From positions 1-32,000 of the forward strand of contig NC_010633.1 in NCBI RefSeq assembly GCF_000020025.1: a DNA stretch of 32,000 nt. Direction: 5' to 3'. The translations under genes were made by a program, and so were the position numbers. The notes below the pieces were generated by a model. The model was not told the DNA's origin and made no database searches. It saw only the letters and a list, made by a program, of their open reading frames with translations. The stretch comes from Nostoc punctiforme PCC 73102 (GTDB lineage Bacteria; Cyanobacteriota; Cyanobacteriia; Cyanobacteriales; Nostocaceae). Shown piece by piece: positions 1-11,800 of this stretch; position 1 is the first letter of the stretch, and each line of letters opens with the position of its first letter.

Positions 1-170
1 GTGATTGTGTAGTTATTCAGTAGTATTTTTTGATGGCTGTTGCTTCGGCTTCTGCTTTTCAATTTTGGCTGTCAAAAACTTTCCGCCAAATATGGCGTAC
101 TGTGCGTCAGAAAAAGATGGATTACAGAGCTTAAAAGCTTTTAAGCGATTTTCAGGGTAATTGACCAATT

Positions 171-360
171 ATTGGGAAATAATGGGAGACTTCTTATAAG
201 TCTTGGGAACTGTTCGGATTTATTGGGAATTTTTGAGCTAATGAGAATTTTGTGACTGGATGATATTTAAGAGGTAAAAAGGTAAGAAAAAATTGGAGAT
301 TTGGGAGATGTTGGATAGATATTGGGAGATGTTGAATGTAGTTGGTGAGAATTGGGAAAA
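171..360. repeat. Iteron-like array of ATTGGGA(A/G)-type direct repeats
   Basis: Copies: ATTGGGAAA 171-179, AATGGGAGA 181-189, TTGGGAA 203-209, ATTGGGAAT 222-230, TTGGAGAT 293-300, ATTGGGAAAA 351-360. A perfect 13-mer, TTGGGAGATGTTG, occurs at 301-313 and again at 322-334 (21-nt spacing). The tracked 73-aa ORF 194..415(-) merely translates the repeats (ISIQHLP twice). Confidence 0.6.
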
Positions 361-1127
361 TGGATGTTTTGTCGAAATTTTTTCTCAGATTCACGAATTT
401 AGTCAAATAAATCAACTAGTGCTAAAACTGTAATATTTCTTGATAAATGTGTCAATAATCACGGTTTGGGTGGTTTATCTTGAGAGTAATTGTCAGTTGT
501 TTATGCAAAAAAAGGGTCAAAAACAGGGAAAAATTTTTTTGTGGATTTTGTTTCTTTAATGTTGAGTCTTGGTTCTGTTTCAAGCCGAATGCTCAACGTT
601 CACTTTGTTTGTGATCAAAGAGATTAACTCTCTACCGCGCATCTTGTGGTCAACCTAATCCAAGATAAATAAGAGAGCGAAAAAATGAAATTGATGATGA
701 GCCAGGGGTAAGGTATGGAAGTCAAAAGCGAAGTGACAATAAAATTTAGCGGCTCACTGCCAACAGCTACACCAGCAGAGAATAAGAAAGTTGGTGCGAT
801 TCGTTGATTAGTGAATCACGGTATCCAGTCCGTACATAACTAATCCAGCTAGCAATAGCTGAACTCTCAGGTTGATGAAGGTGCAAACCCTTCCCGCTAG
901 ATTCAAGCGTAACTCCTTATCTGACCACACGGAGTAAGCTCGTTACTTACAGAGCGAAGCTGGTAACAGGTCGCAATCAGACAGCCGTTATGGGGTGACA
1001 CTGGCGATAATAGGGAGTTCCTACGGTGAAATAGAGCCTAGAAAAGTGACCTATTTATAAGGTACAAGGTCTGTGGACGCGAATATATCCCCTTGGCTAA
1101 TATTGATAATTTCAAAACTTTTGATTC

Positions 1128-4100
1128 CTACGCTTGCAGCACAAAATCAGATGCCGTGAGAGTTGGCGCACCGGTTAGAGTCGCAAATAGACCGCCACTG
1201 CCAAAACCAGCCGCACTGCCATTTTGGTTGTAGAATAAGTGCCCACTCAACGGGTCGTAGACAATTTTTGCCGTGCTAGTCCCAGCTTTATTAGTGAATT
1301 GAAAATCACTTTTTTGACTAAAACCATTTCCCGGAGCAGAAATGATTGCACTAAAGGTAGTTTTATTTAGTACAATCTTGTCACCTTCAGAACTGTTGAA
1401 GTCTGTAATGGTATCTACACCAATTGCAGAACCTTTAAAAGCAGTACCAGTATTGTAAAGGAATCGGTCAGCACCCGCACCGCCTCTCAGCATGTCATTA
1501 CCCGCACCACCGATGAGGGTATCATTACCAGCACCGCCTCTCAAAATGTCATTGCCGCTCAAGCCATTAATAATGTCATTACCCCCTTGACCATTAATCA
1601 CATCATTGGAGTTGTCAAAACCTGTGATGTTATTGTTTAAGTCATTGAGGAAGGTGACAGTGTTTTTGGTAAAAATGCTAGTTTGAGTGGAGTTGGCATC
1701 AATGACATCAAAGCTGTCGGTGATGCTGGTTTGCCCATCAAACAGGATATTGCCGAGTGCAGGTCTTGAAGAAGTTGCTGATAGGTTATCCAGGTTTTCT
1801 AATTTGAAGTTTTGCAGAGTGACTTTAGTGTTAGCCACATTTTCAAAGCTGACTTCTAAGTTATTACCATTTTGAGTGAGTTGCAGATTTCGGGCAGTTA
1901 AACCCGAACCTGTAAATTGCAAGGTATCCAATTGGCTAATCACTGCTGCTGATGGATTTGAACCTTTGCCTACGCCACCAAAATCCGTGATGGTGTCATT
2001 GCCATCGTCAGGATGAAAGACAAAAGTATCATTACCAGTACCACCCGTGAGAATATCATTACCCGCACCACCGATGAGGGTATCATTACCAGCACCGCCT
2101 CTCAAAATGTCATTGCCGCTCAAGCCATTAATAATGTCATTACCCCCTTGACCATTAATCACATCATTGGAGTTGTCAAAACCTGTGATGTTATTGTTTA
2201 AGTCATTGAGGAAGGTGACAGTGTTTTTGGTAAAAATGCTAGTTTGAGTGGAGTTGGCATCAATGACATCAAAGCTGTCCGTGATGCTGGTTTGCCCATC
2301 AAACAGGATATTGCCGAGTGCAGGTCTTGAAGAAGTTGCTGATAGGTTATCCAGGTTTTCTAATTTGAAGTTTTGCAGAGTGACTTTAGTGTTAACCACA
2401 TTTTCAAAGCTGACTTCTAAGTTATTACCATTTTGAGTAAGTTGCAAGTTTCGGGCAGTTAAACCACGACCAATAAATTGCAAGGTATCCAATTGGGTAA
2501 TCACCTTTGCTGATGGATTTGAACCTCTACCTATTCCAGCAAAATCGGTGATTGTGTCATTCCCATCACCAAGGCGGAATACAAAGGTGTCTTGACCGCC
2601 GTTGCCACTAAGGGTATCATTTCCCTTGCCTCCGTAAAGGACATTATCGCCACTGTTACCTGTAATCTGGTTATCAAGGGCGTTACCTGTACCATTAATA
2701 TTATCCGTACCTAGCAGAATGAGATTTGGAATTCCGTCTTTTAGAGTTTGGCTAACTGACGATCGCACTGTATTAACTTGAGCCAATACACCAGGGTCGT
2801 AAATAACACCGTTAACGGCTCCATCAACATCTCCAACGCCACCATCTTTAACATGGATTTTGACTAGATCCACTAATCCATTGGCATTAGAGTCAATCAG
2901 TTCTGCACCTAAGCCAGTCTCTGGGTTGTAGTTAAATTCAAAGGTTTCGCCAGTACTGGGATTAATTTTTACGAAGGTATTAGCAGCTTGTTCCTGCTCA
3001 AGTTTCAATTCAATAACTTCTTTAGGGGAATCATCTGAAATTTTTACTGAAAACTCTAGAACCGAACTTCTGACATCGAACTTTTCACCTTGAGTATTAC
3101 GATAGTTTTCTAGAACAGCTAAAGATTTAGCTAAAATCACCTCATCAATAATCAGGTCTTCCAAGGAAGGAATATCGAGGGAGAGAATTTTTCCACCTTC
3201 CATACTCTTTAGCTGTAAGTTACCCTGAGAAGTTTGGACATTAACCTGAGTTTGGTCTTCGTTGATAGATGCACTACCCTCAGATGACGGCACTTTATCA
3301 ATGGTTAAAGTGCGATCGCTAAATTCAAATCGCTCAGTATCACGATAGAGTTCAAGACCTTCATTGTTATCACTGGTACGCCGATCAATGACAACAACTG
3401 AACCATCCAATCTTTTTCTGATTTTGTAGTTTTCTTGCTTACCAGAAGCTACGCCTGTATCAGTTCCCTCACCCCCATCAATCAGGTCATCTCCTTTACC
3501 GGGAATCAGGCGATCGTCACCGATACCACCAAGGAGAATGTCGTCTCCCTGTCCACCATTGATGACATCATTTGCAGCAGATGAGTTAGGAGTTGATTCT
3601 GAGTTTAATATCCCATCCCCATCAATGAGGTCATCACCGGCTCCACCGTCAATTACATCACTACCAGCATCACCAGAAATGAAGTCTGAGTCATCACCAC
3701 CGAATAGCTGATCGTTGCCACTGCCACCATAGATGATGTTAAGTCCACCATTGCCACGAATGATTTCGGCTATGTCACTACCAAGGATATTATCGTCTTT
3801 GCTGTTGCCATTAAACTCGTTGTCAAAAACCCCAGCTTGGAAAATAGTTCGTAAATCTTCTAAGTTAACAACCTCTGAAGGATTGAGAGATAGACGGACG
3901 TAGTGAGAATAGCCTTCTGGTTCGTTAATGATATAACTGATTTCAAAGGGGAAAGATTCTAAAGTGAGAGCATCTGTAGAGTAAACACGCCAGCTATCAC
4001 CAAAACTTTCAAAACCGACGGGTTGACCTCCTTGAGTGACTGTTAAATCATTGATGGTTAAATCATCAAAGGCATAAAGACCTTTAAGGTTAATATCAGC

Positions 4101-7100
4101 ATCACTGAATTGTTTAAGTAAAAATTCTTTAGTGAGTTTAAAGTCAGTCAGTCCAATAGGTAAGTCATAACTCCAACTAGCGGGAGCGACACCCGCTTGA
4201 TAGATTACTTGTTGCGTAAGATCAACTCGGTCAATTGCCCAGTTGTTATCTAGTTGAACATCAAAACTTTCACCGTCTGGACGGATAACATGGGAGAAAA
4301 ATAGTCGTGACTTTAAATCATTGCCAAAGATATCTAAGCGTTTGGTTTCTACTGGTGCAGCAATGCTGTCGGAAACTGGAATAAGACTGACATCTTCGGT
4401 TTCAAATTTAATTAAGCTGACACCAAATAATAGGTCTTTTGTTCCATCTTTTTTCGTTACTTCGATAGCATTTTGATAGGTCTGAGAACGCCGAATCGCA
4501 TAATCTGCTCGACTTCCTTCTGTGTAAACCACCACATCACCAAAGATAGGCCCAGTAGGTCCAGTATAAGTATCATTCGCTCTGGATACAGCTACTGATT
4601 TGCCTGTATATAAATCATCCCCTGGCTGATAGGCTGTCTGACCAAATGCGTTAATACCATTGACAATGAAGTTATTTCCTCCTCCGGGATAGAAGAATTC
4701 GTAAAATTCTCCAAATCCCGTTATAACATCATCTCCATCTCCTAATAAATGAGTTAATAGAGGTGCATATTGAGCAAAAGTAGAGAGTTGGAAAGGATTT
4801 GTTAAGGCTGGAACAGCAGATCCTAGATTTTGTAGTTCGCTTTCTGTAAAATTCTTAACTACATCTGCTCGATCTGAGTAATTAACTTCATGGATATAAG
4901 AATTCCTAAAAAGTCTATAGAATTTAGAGTTAAAATCATCTGTACCAGTAAAGTCAATTTTGGATAAATCAAGTTTATTAATATTAGACACATCTAAATT
5001 TATGAGGAAAGGAACATCAAAAAGTCGCCTCCCCTCAAAAACTATCTCATCAAACAAATCTTCAAATTTCCCTAGTGTATTAATATGCCCCAATGTTGTT
5101 CTACTATTTATGTCATCTTTTAAGACAACTTTTCTGAAGGCATCTTTTTGGCTTTCTAACCTTCCTCTAACTAAGATTCCATCATCAATGGAACTTGATT
5201 CCTTGCTCTTAACTGCGGTATTATTGCCAATAATATAGGTTTGTTTAATCGGACTTTGAAGAGAATAACGTTTGTCGCTGCCAATCTCCTTGCGTACTTC
5301 TTCACCAGCTAAATCCACCGAAGCAAGAGTTAAATGGTTCAGGGGTGTACCAGAGTCTAATGTATCCAACAATGTCAATGCTGAATTTGGAGAGCGATAG
5401 AGAATTTGCCCTCCTGTAACTTCAATTTCAACCTCTGTAAGGTCAAAAACTCCAAATTTATCCTTAAGTGCTTGTTTCTCTAAAACAAAGGTTAGATCAT
5501 TGATGCGATATGACTCAAATCCTTGAACAATATTTTCACTGAGTGAGATAGTATTATCGCCACCACTGAGAATGCCATATATTTTTCCACCATATTTATA
5601 AGGAGTTAAATTGAGATTTACTGATCCTCCTAAATCAACAATGCGGAGAACGTGATCAGAATTACTTAAATCACCTTTTATGTAGTTGTAGTTAGAACCA
5701 ACTGATGAGATATAAGCATTATAAGTACCCGGTGCATTGCTAAAACTAACTGTGTTAGAGCCACCTCCTAAGTCAATAATGTCTTGATATATTAAAGATT
5801 GAGATCCTACTGGTAAGATTGTTTTTACACCACCAAAATAAGGGTTATACCAAGTCACACCACCATTGCTGATATTTGTATTACCTTCTTTGACATTTGG
5901 CAGTAAGTTAACATAATCGTTCCCACCACCCAAAACGTAAGGCGCTGTTCTGTTAAATCCAATGGGTACTCCCAGATAATCTGAACCCTGCGTTCCGGTT
6001 AAATTACCAGTTGGTAACTTGGTGGCATATATGTCTGGACGCAAACCACCAAGAAAGGTAAATGGTGCTTGATTACCAAAGTCATCAAGGGTATCAAATA
6101 GTAATGAAATACCTTGTGTACTTGCTTGTAGTTCATCAGAAAAGAGTATTGCTTCAACATTACTAAGTTCAGTAACGTTTTCTATATTTGATGGATTACT
6201 CAGGTCATTACTAAGTTGTAGGATGAACTTGTTACCTTGGGCTGTCTTTTTACTAAAAAGAGAAAGTGTGTTATCTCCTTGCAAATAGGCATCTGAATCT
6301 AGAATAAAGACATCATCAGCAAGGGGAGAAAATCTTGCTAGTCCATCTCCGAACGCTCCATAGTAATCAGTTGCTCTAGTATCTGATGGATGATCTCCGC
6401 CATCTATATTATCCCGCCCCGGGCTTAACTGACCTGCATCCGCTCCACCCTTAAAATAAACAAGCTCACTGCGATTAGTACTTCTGTCGTCGCTACCAGG
6501 ATAATAGTCAGGCCCGTCAGTTCCTTCATAAATCTTAACTCCTAAATCATTTGCTATTGAAGCAATATCTAAAGAAAAGCTTGGAAGGTTAAGTAAGTCA
6601 GAGTTAAAGCCTAGCTTGGCAGCAGACTCTTTTAAATTATAAATTTTTTCGTCTTTGAATAATGTAAACTCAGGTAGATTAATTGATGGAATAGGTATGG
6701 TTGTTAAATTCCCTGAAAATATATCAGGTTTCTTAAAAGGAATCAAATCAAAATCATAGGTACCTAATCCTATCCCATCTTGTTCCTTTTGACCCTTGCC
6801 TGTTGTTAAACTCAATGTAGGTTTTATATATGAGTTAATATCAACAAAAATATTGGGTTTAAGGACTGGTAAAAAGTCAATTTTATCATTTTGATTTTTA
6901 TCTAATCCGGTAAAATATTTAACACTTTCAGTATTGGTTAAAGAACCATAAGAATCAACGGGCTGATTCAAATCTGAAAGATTAAAGTCTTTCCAGCCTC
7001 CATTTACATCTTCAATCTGAATTTGAGGTTGTAAGCCTTTAATGCCTAATTTAATTTCATATACAACCTCAAGAGAGGTTTTTAAATTGACATCGAAGAG

Positions 7101-8615
7101 AGCTAGATCATACTGATAACCAAAACTTTTTCCAAATAAATCATACTTATCACCACCTTTAAGAGTAGTAGGAATTGGTAGTTTCGGGCCAATAAAACCA
7201 TCTATATCAAAAGTGAAATCAAGTAATTTAAAACTATCCTTAACTTGGTAAGTTAAGGAGTTAGCATCTGAATTAAGTAGTTTAAAATCGACTTTGCTAA
7301 AATCAGGCAACCCAAACCCCAGAGTAAAAAGATCACCTAATTTGATTGGATCTGGCTTTGAATTACCAATCTGAAACGTCTTTTTTCCAGTAATCCAGTC
7401 AACTACTTGAGTGGTTTTACGAGTATCAAACTTAATGAAGTCATGCTTGAAATTAGAAGATAAGTTAATTTTCGCATCAAAAGGTATAGATTTTGTGTTG
7501 ACCTTCTTCTTATAAGAAAATAACGATTCGATAATATCAACATATTCAGCATTAAAACTTCCATTAATGTATGCAGCAGCATTAGACTGAATCACTCCTG
7601 CAACATTGAGAAATAGGTAAGGAGAAATGTAATCAACAAAAGCTCCCCTTTGATCACGGTTTAACTGGAAGTTTAATTTACTGTTATTAATTCCTAACGA
7701 TGCGTCAGCAAACATGGGGATATTCCAGTTGACTCCACCCAAGTTGTAGCCTGCGTTAATTTGAAGTCCTGCTTTGAGTGTTGCAGGTTTAGACTTGTCT
7801 TTTGAGTTGGCAATTCCTAAAGATAAATCAGCATTTGCCCCCACAACGCCTAGATCAATTCCTGGAATTGGCAAATTGAAAAACTGTCGAAAAGATGTAT
7901 CTACACCAAGAACATCATTTTTGACCAAGTTGGAGCCAAAAATATCCTTAGTATTGAAACTTTTTTCATTTTCATTTGGTTTACCTAATAAATCGCCAAA
8001 TTTCCAATTTCCACCTAAAGAAGTTCCTATTCTTTGAGACCATAAAACTTGATCGGCGACTGCTTGTTCAATCTGAATAGTTTGCCCATCTAAGGTAATT
8101 AAGCTTGTATCGTCTTCACTGCGGATGATCTCTAATTGCTCAGGAGTAATGGTTTTATTCCAGACAAGCTCAGAAAAAATTTGCCCTTCATCTCCGGGTG
8201 TGTCATTGACATTGATTCTGGAGTCAACAAAATGTCCAAATTCTTCCAGTAAGACACGAGCGATCGCCCCCACATCTCCCTGATGATTTGTAATAAACTC
8301 TTGTGAGAGATAAATCTTATTCGTCGCCGCCGCAAAAGCCCCATTAGCCCCATTGATATCTGCTGCATGGCGAACCTCTATCTCAGGAAAATCACTGAAA
8401 TCATTTGCTGACCATGCCGTTCTCAATGAGTCAACATTAGCCCCCTCGCCAAAAGCAATCGCCATCTTTTGACCAAAATCAGGCTCACTGGCAAAATTCC
8501 CTAAGTATTCTTGTGCTAAAACTAGAGCTTCTTCTACGGGAGTTAACTGTGATGGGTCAAGGATTAAAGAAGACTTTACAATTAAATTTTTTCCAGGTAC
8601 GTGTGCATTTTTCAT
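1128..8615 (-). CDS. Giant (2495 aa) RTX/hemolysin-type Ca2+-binding repeat protein; probable type I secretion substrate, adhesin- or S-layer-like
   Basis: Uninterrupted 7.5-kb ORF. There are two blocks of GGxGxDxUx nonapeptides: aa ~1640-1740 ([38 protein letters not shown]) and the C-terminal region ([26 protein letters not shown]). No N-terminal signal peptide is obvious, and the C-terminal tail is non-repetitive, as in T1SS substrates. The N-terminal ~190 aa resemble a domain common in cyanobacterial RTX proteins ([21 protein letters not shown]...[10 protein letters not shown]). Confidence 0.9.
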   Translation of the reverse strand: MKNAHVPGKNLIVKSSLILDPSQLTPVEEALVLAQEYLGNFASEPDFGQKMAIAFGEGANVDSLRTAWSANDFSDFPEIEVRHAADINGANGAFAAATNKIYLSQEFITNHQGDVGAIARVLLEEFGHFVDSRINVNDTPGDEGQIFSELVWNKTITPEQLEIIRSEDDTSLITLDGQTIQIEQAVADQVLWSQRIGTSLGGNWKFGDLLGKPNENEKSFNTKDIFGSNLVKNDVLGVDTSFRQFFNLPIPGIDLGVVGANADLSLGIANSKDKSKPATLKAGLQINAGYNLGGVNWNIPMFADASLGINNSKLNFQLNRDQRGAFVDYISPYLFLNVAGVIQSNAAAYINGSFNAEYVDIIESLFSYKKKVNTKSIPFDAKINLSSNFKHDFIKFDTRKTTQVVDWITGKKTFQIGNSKPDPIKLGDLFTLGFGLPDFSKVDFKLLNSDANSLTYQVKDSFKLLDFTFDIDGFIGPKLPIPTTLKGGDKYDLFGKSFGYQYDLALFDVNLKTSLEVVYEIKLGIKGLQPQIQIEDVNGGWKDFNLSDLNQPVDSYGSLTNTESVKYFTGLDKNQNDKIDFLPVLKPNIFVDINSYIKPTLSLTTGKGQKEQDGIGLGTYDFDLIPFKKPDIFSGNLTTIPIPSINLPEFTLFKDEKIYNLKESAAKLGFNSDLLNLPSFSLDIASIANDLGVKIYEGTDGPDYYPGSDDRSTNRSELVYFKGGADAGQLSPGRDNIDGGDHPSDTRATDYYGAFGDGLARFSPLADDVFILDSDAYLQGDNTLSLFSKKTAQGNKFILQLSNDLSNPSNIENVTELSNVEAILFSDELQASTQGISLLFDTLDDFGNQAPFTFLGGLRPDIYATKLPTGNLTGTQGSDYLGVPIGFNRTAPYVLGGGNDYVNLLPNVKEGNTNISNGGVTWYNPYFGGVKTILPVGSQSLIYQDIIDLGGGSNTVSFSNAPGTYNAYISSVGSNYNYIKGDLSNSDHVLRIVDLGGSVNLNLTPYKYGGKIYGILSGGDNTISLSENIVQGFESYRINDLTFVLEKQALKDKFGVFDLTEVEIEVTGGQILYRSPNSALTLLDTLDSGTPLNHLTLASVDLAGEEVRKEIGSDKRYSLQSPIKQTYIIGNNTAVKSKESSSIDDGILVRGRLESQKDAFRKVVLKDDINSRTTLGHINTLGKFEDLFDEIVFEGRRLFDVPFLINLDVSNINKLDLSKIDFTGTDDFNSKFYRLFRNSYIHEVNYSDRADVVKNFTESELQNLGSAVPALTNPFQLSTFAQYAPLLTHLLGDGDDVITGFGEFYEFFYPGGGNNFIVNGINAFGQTAYQPGDDLYTGKSVAVSRANDTYTGPTGPIFGDVVVYTEGSRADYAIRRSQTYQNAIEVTKKDGTKDLLFGVSLIKFETEDVSLIPVSDSIAAPVETKRLDIFGNDLKSRLFFSHVIRPDGESFDVQLDNNWAIDRVDLTQQVIYQAGVAPASWSYDLPIGLTDFKLTKEFLLKQFSDADINLKGLYAFDDLTINDLTVTQGGQPVGFESFGDSWRVYSTDALTLESFPFEISYIINEPEGYSHYVRLSLNPSEVVNLEDLRTIFQAGVFDNEFNGNSKDDNILGSDIAEIIRGNGGLNIIYGGSGNDQLFGGDDSDFISGDAGSDVIDGGAGDDLIDGDGILNSESTPNSSAANDVINGGQGDDILLGGIGDDRLIPGKGDDLIDGGEGTDTGVASGKQENYKIRKRLDGSVVVIDRRTSDNNEGLELYRDTERFEFSDRTLTIDKVPSSEGSASINEDQTQVNVQTSQGNLQLKSMEGGKILSLDIPSLEDLIIDEVILAKSLAVLENYRNTQGEKFDVRSSVLEFSVKISDDSPKEVIELKLEQEQAANTFVKINPSTGETFEFNYNPETGLGAELIDSNANGLVDLVKIHVKDGGVGDVDGAVNGVIYDPGVLAQVNTVRSSVSQTLKDGIPNLILLGTDNINGTGNALDNQITGNSGDNVLYGGKGNDTLSGNGGQDTFVFRLGDGNDTITDFAGIGRGSNPSAKVITQLDTLQFIGRGLTARNLQLTQNGNNLEVSFENVVNTKVTLQNFKLENLDNLSATSSRPALGNILFDGQTSITDSFDVIDANSTQTSIFTKNTVTFLNDLNNNITGFDNSNDVINGQGGNDIINGLSGNDILRGGAGNDTLIGGAGNDILTGGTGNDTFVFHPDDGNDTITDFGGVGKGSNPSAAVISQLDTLQFTGSGLTARNLQLTQNGNNLEVSFENVANTKVTLQNFKLENLDNLSATSSRPALGNILFDGQTSITDSFDVIDANSTQTSIFTKNTVTFLNDLNNNITGFDNSNDVINGQGGNDIINGLSGNDILRGGAGNDTLIGGAGNDMLRGGAGADRFLYNTGTAFKGSAIGVDTITDFNSSEGDKIVLNKTTFSAIISAPGNGFSQKSDFQFTNKAGTSTAKIVYDPLSGHLFYNQNGSAAGFGSGGLFATLTGAPTLTASDFVLQA
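1495..2611. repeat. Two tandem 561-nt units inside the RTX gene (187-aa duplication)
   Basis: Offset of exactly 561 nt. Positions 1495-~1905 match 2056-~2466 with only a handful of mismatches (e.g. gtcGgtg/gtcCgtg, ttaGcc/ttaAcc). The rest of each unit is more diverged. The tracked antisense ORFs 1687..1875 and 2248..2436 are near-identical for the same reason. Confidence 0.9.
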
Positions 8616-8712
8616 CTTTTGAGCAGTCTTTGTAGATGGGACGTGGCTTGGTGCAGATTCTTTGGCTGAAACTTATCGTCTAAATACTCTACAGCCTTGT
8701 GTAAAGTTTGAC

Positions 8713-8741
8713 GGTCGGAAAAGGTCGGGAAAAAGTCGGAT
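8713..8741. repeat. Short tandem A-tract repeat in the divergent RTX/STAND intergenic region
   Basis: GGTCGGAAAA (8713-8722), GGTCGGGAAAAA (8723-8734), GTCGGAT (8735-8741). The period is 10-12 nt, about one helical turn. It lies in the 213-nt region between divergent starts at 8615(-) and 8829(+). Confidence 0.35.
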
Positions 8742-8828
8742 CTTTTTGGTAGATTTACATAAACTTTTTTAATAAACAAAGCTTATGGTGCGAATATCGT
8801 AGTTAACTTGGTATTTCTACGTGGATAA

Positions 8829-11800
8829 ATGACGGTTGAAGAAGCGATCGCACTAGTCGAGCAAGTATTGGAACGGGGACGCTTAACAAAAGTTCAAGAG
8901 ATTGTCTTCCGTCAATCATGGGCAGGACAGACGTACTTAGAGATGGCTGTAGACTGCGATTACAACCACAGTCACATCAAAGACGTTGGCTCTGAATTAT
9001 GGCGATCGCTCTCTCAAGCTTTAGGAGAAAAAGTTACCAAAAATAACCTGCACGGAGTACTGAAGCGAATCGCACAGGGACAAAAGGACACAAATGCCTC
9101 CTCAACCTTAAACCTTCAACCCTTCACAAACTGGGGGGAAGCAATTGACGTTTCTCAATTTTATGGACGTACTACTGAATTAGAAACCCTCAGCCAATGG
9201 ATTGTGAGAGATCGCTGTCGTGTAGTAACACTGCTAGGTATGGGTGGCATGGGCAAAACCGCACTCTCAGTGAAGTTAGCAGAACAATTGCAGGGAGAAT
9301 TTGAATATGTCATTTGGCGATCGCTGCGGCACGCACCTTTTTTTCAAGACAAACTGACAGACTGCATTAAAATCCTTTCTCATCAGCAAGTTACCACATT
9401 GCCCTCTGACCCTCATGAGCAAATTACCTGTTTAATCGAGTACCTCCGCAAATCTCGATGCTTGTTGATTCTGGATAATTTCGACACATTATTGCAGCAA
9501 GGTAAACAGACAGGCTGTTACCGTGAGGGCTACGAATCCTATGGCGAACTCTTGTGGCGATTGGGAGAAACACAGCATCAAAGCTGTGTCCTGCTCACCA
9601 GCCGAGAAAAACCTGCTGAAATTGCTGCCTTAGAAGGTGATGGTTTGCCAGTTCGTACCCTGGCTTTATCAGGATTAGAAGTCGCTGATGGACAAACAAT
9701 TTTGACACTCAAGGGTTTATCAGGCGCTGAAGACGAAACCCGCCAATTGGTTGAGTGTTACCGTGGTAATCCACTAGCTTTGAAAATTGCTGCCACCTCA
9801 ATTCGGGACTTATATGAAGGCAATATCGCTCGTTTTTTAACTGATGGCACAACTGTATTTAAGGGTATTGGCAATCTCCTAGAGCAGCAATTTAAAAGAC
9901 TCTCCACCAAGGAGCAGCAAATCATGTACTGGCTAGCAATTAATCGTGAGCCAGTTGTAGCTGCCGTGTTACAAGAAGATATTGTGCCAGCAGTTTCAAG
10001 GGCAAATTTACTAGAAGCGTTGGAGTCTTTGAGTTGGCGTTCCTTAATAGAAAAAAGTTTCGGTGGCTTTACTCAGCAACCTGTAGTTATGGAATACATG
10101 ACAGACCAACTTATTGAACAGGTTTGTCAAGAAATAATAAATTTTGAGATTCGCTTATTAAATTTATACGCTCTCATCAAAGCTAATGCTAAAGATTATA
10201 TTAGAGAAAGTCAAACTCACGTTATTTTAGAATCTTTATTAATTGGGTTACAAAGTAGATTAAATAACCCAGGAGAAATTGAATTAAAAATTCAACAATT
10301 AATTTTAAGATTACAAAAAGAAATTCCCGCTCAACCTGGATATGTATGTGGGAATTTGATTAATTTACTGCGACATTTGAAAGTAGATTTTACCAATTAC
10401 GATTTTTCTAATTTAACAATTTGGCAAGCTGATTTCCAAGGCACAAATTTAAATAAAGTAAATTTCACAGGTGCAAATATTAAGAAATCAGTTTTTACAG
10501 AATATTTAGCTAGTAGCCTTTGTGTTAAATTCAGCCCTGACGGAAAATTTTTAGTTAGTACCGATGCAAATGATGGCATTCATTTATGGAATATTGAAGG
10601 TTTAGCAGCGATACATTTAACGACTCTACAAGGACATCAAGCTTGGGTTTGGGACGCTAAGTTTAGTCCGAATGGTAAAGTCTTAGCAACTTGTAGTGAT
10701 GATGGTGTCATTAAAATATGGAATATTAATACTGGGAAATGTCATCATACTTTACAAGATGATTCCAAGCGTAGTTGGTCGATAAGCTTCAGTCCAGATG
10801 GAAAAATACTAGCAAGCGGTAGTGGAGACCACACTGTTAAACTTTGGGATATCAATACTGGGCAATTGTTGAAAGTATTAAAGGGACATATAAATATTGT
10901 CCGTCCAGTTATTTTTAGTTCAGATGGAAAAATTATTGCTAGTGGAAGTGAAGACCAAACTATCAAGATTTGGGATGTTGATAGTGGTGAATATTTGCAG
11001 ACTTTAGAAGGACACTTGGCACAAGTTTGGTCAGTTTCTTTGAGTGAAGATGGGAAGATACTAGCAAGTGGGAGTGCTGATAAAACAGTAAAACTTTGGG
11101 ATGTGAGTACGGGGGAATGTCGAACAACTTTACAAGGAAATCAAATTGATGGTGTTTGGTCAGTTAGCTTTAGTCCTAGTGGTGAGAGTGTTGTAGTTGC
11201 AGGTGAAGTACCTGTAATCAGTTTGTGGGATATCAAAACTGGCGAATGTATTCAAACCTTTTTAGGACATATAGGCCGTGTTTGGTCAGTTGCTTTCAGC
11301 CCCAATGGTAAAACTTTAGCAAGTGCAAGTGAAGATCAGAGCGTTAAGTTATGGGATGTGACTACAGGAAGATGTTTAAAAACCTTACAAGGATACTCAA
11401 GTCGTGTTTGGTGTGTAGCTGTTAACGCCAATGGTCAGTTATTAGCTGCAAATACAAACAAAACACTAAGAATATGGGATATTTCCACAGCTAAATGCAT
11501 ACATACTTTACATGGGCATACTCGTGAAATCTGTGGGACTGTTTTTAGTTCTCATGAAACAATCCTTGCTAGTGCTGGTGCAGATGGGACAATTCGCCTT
11601 TGGGATACGATTACAGGTAAATGCTTAAGAACTTTACAGGTAAACGGGTGGATACTCTCACTTGCTATGAGTCCTCAAGGAAATGCTTTAGCCACTGCTA
11701 ATACAGATACTATGGCTAAGATTTGGGATATCAAAACTGGGGAATGTATCAAGACTTTAGAGGGACATACTGGTTGGGTATTTTCTGTTGCCTGGAGTCC

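Noticed and set aside
194-415. Tracked 73-aa minus-strand ORF
   Set aside because: Its sequence is a translation of the ATTGGGAGA repeat array (ISIQHLP twice). It has no start context and is low in complexity. I treat the region as non-coding repeats.
794-1100. GTGCG at 794 as a possible group II intron 5' end
   Set aside because: I could find no domain V-like hairpin (the ..GTAC..GTACGG.. type) or other intron domain on either strand. The available length is too short and no IEP/RT ORF is present.
8232-8246. Calling the giant protein an active zinc metalloprotease
   Set aside because: The motif is EEFGH, not HExxH, so protease activity cannot be claimed. I report it only as a degenerate motif.
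1687-8368. Antisense or out-of-frame ORFs within the giant gene (1687..1875, 2013..2201, 2248..2436, 4960..5238, 7774..8037 and 8132..8368)
   Set aside because: All lie fully inside the 7.5-kb RTX ORF. 1687 and 2248 are near-identical only because they sit in the 561-nt duplication. None has independent support.
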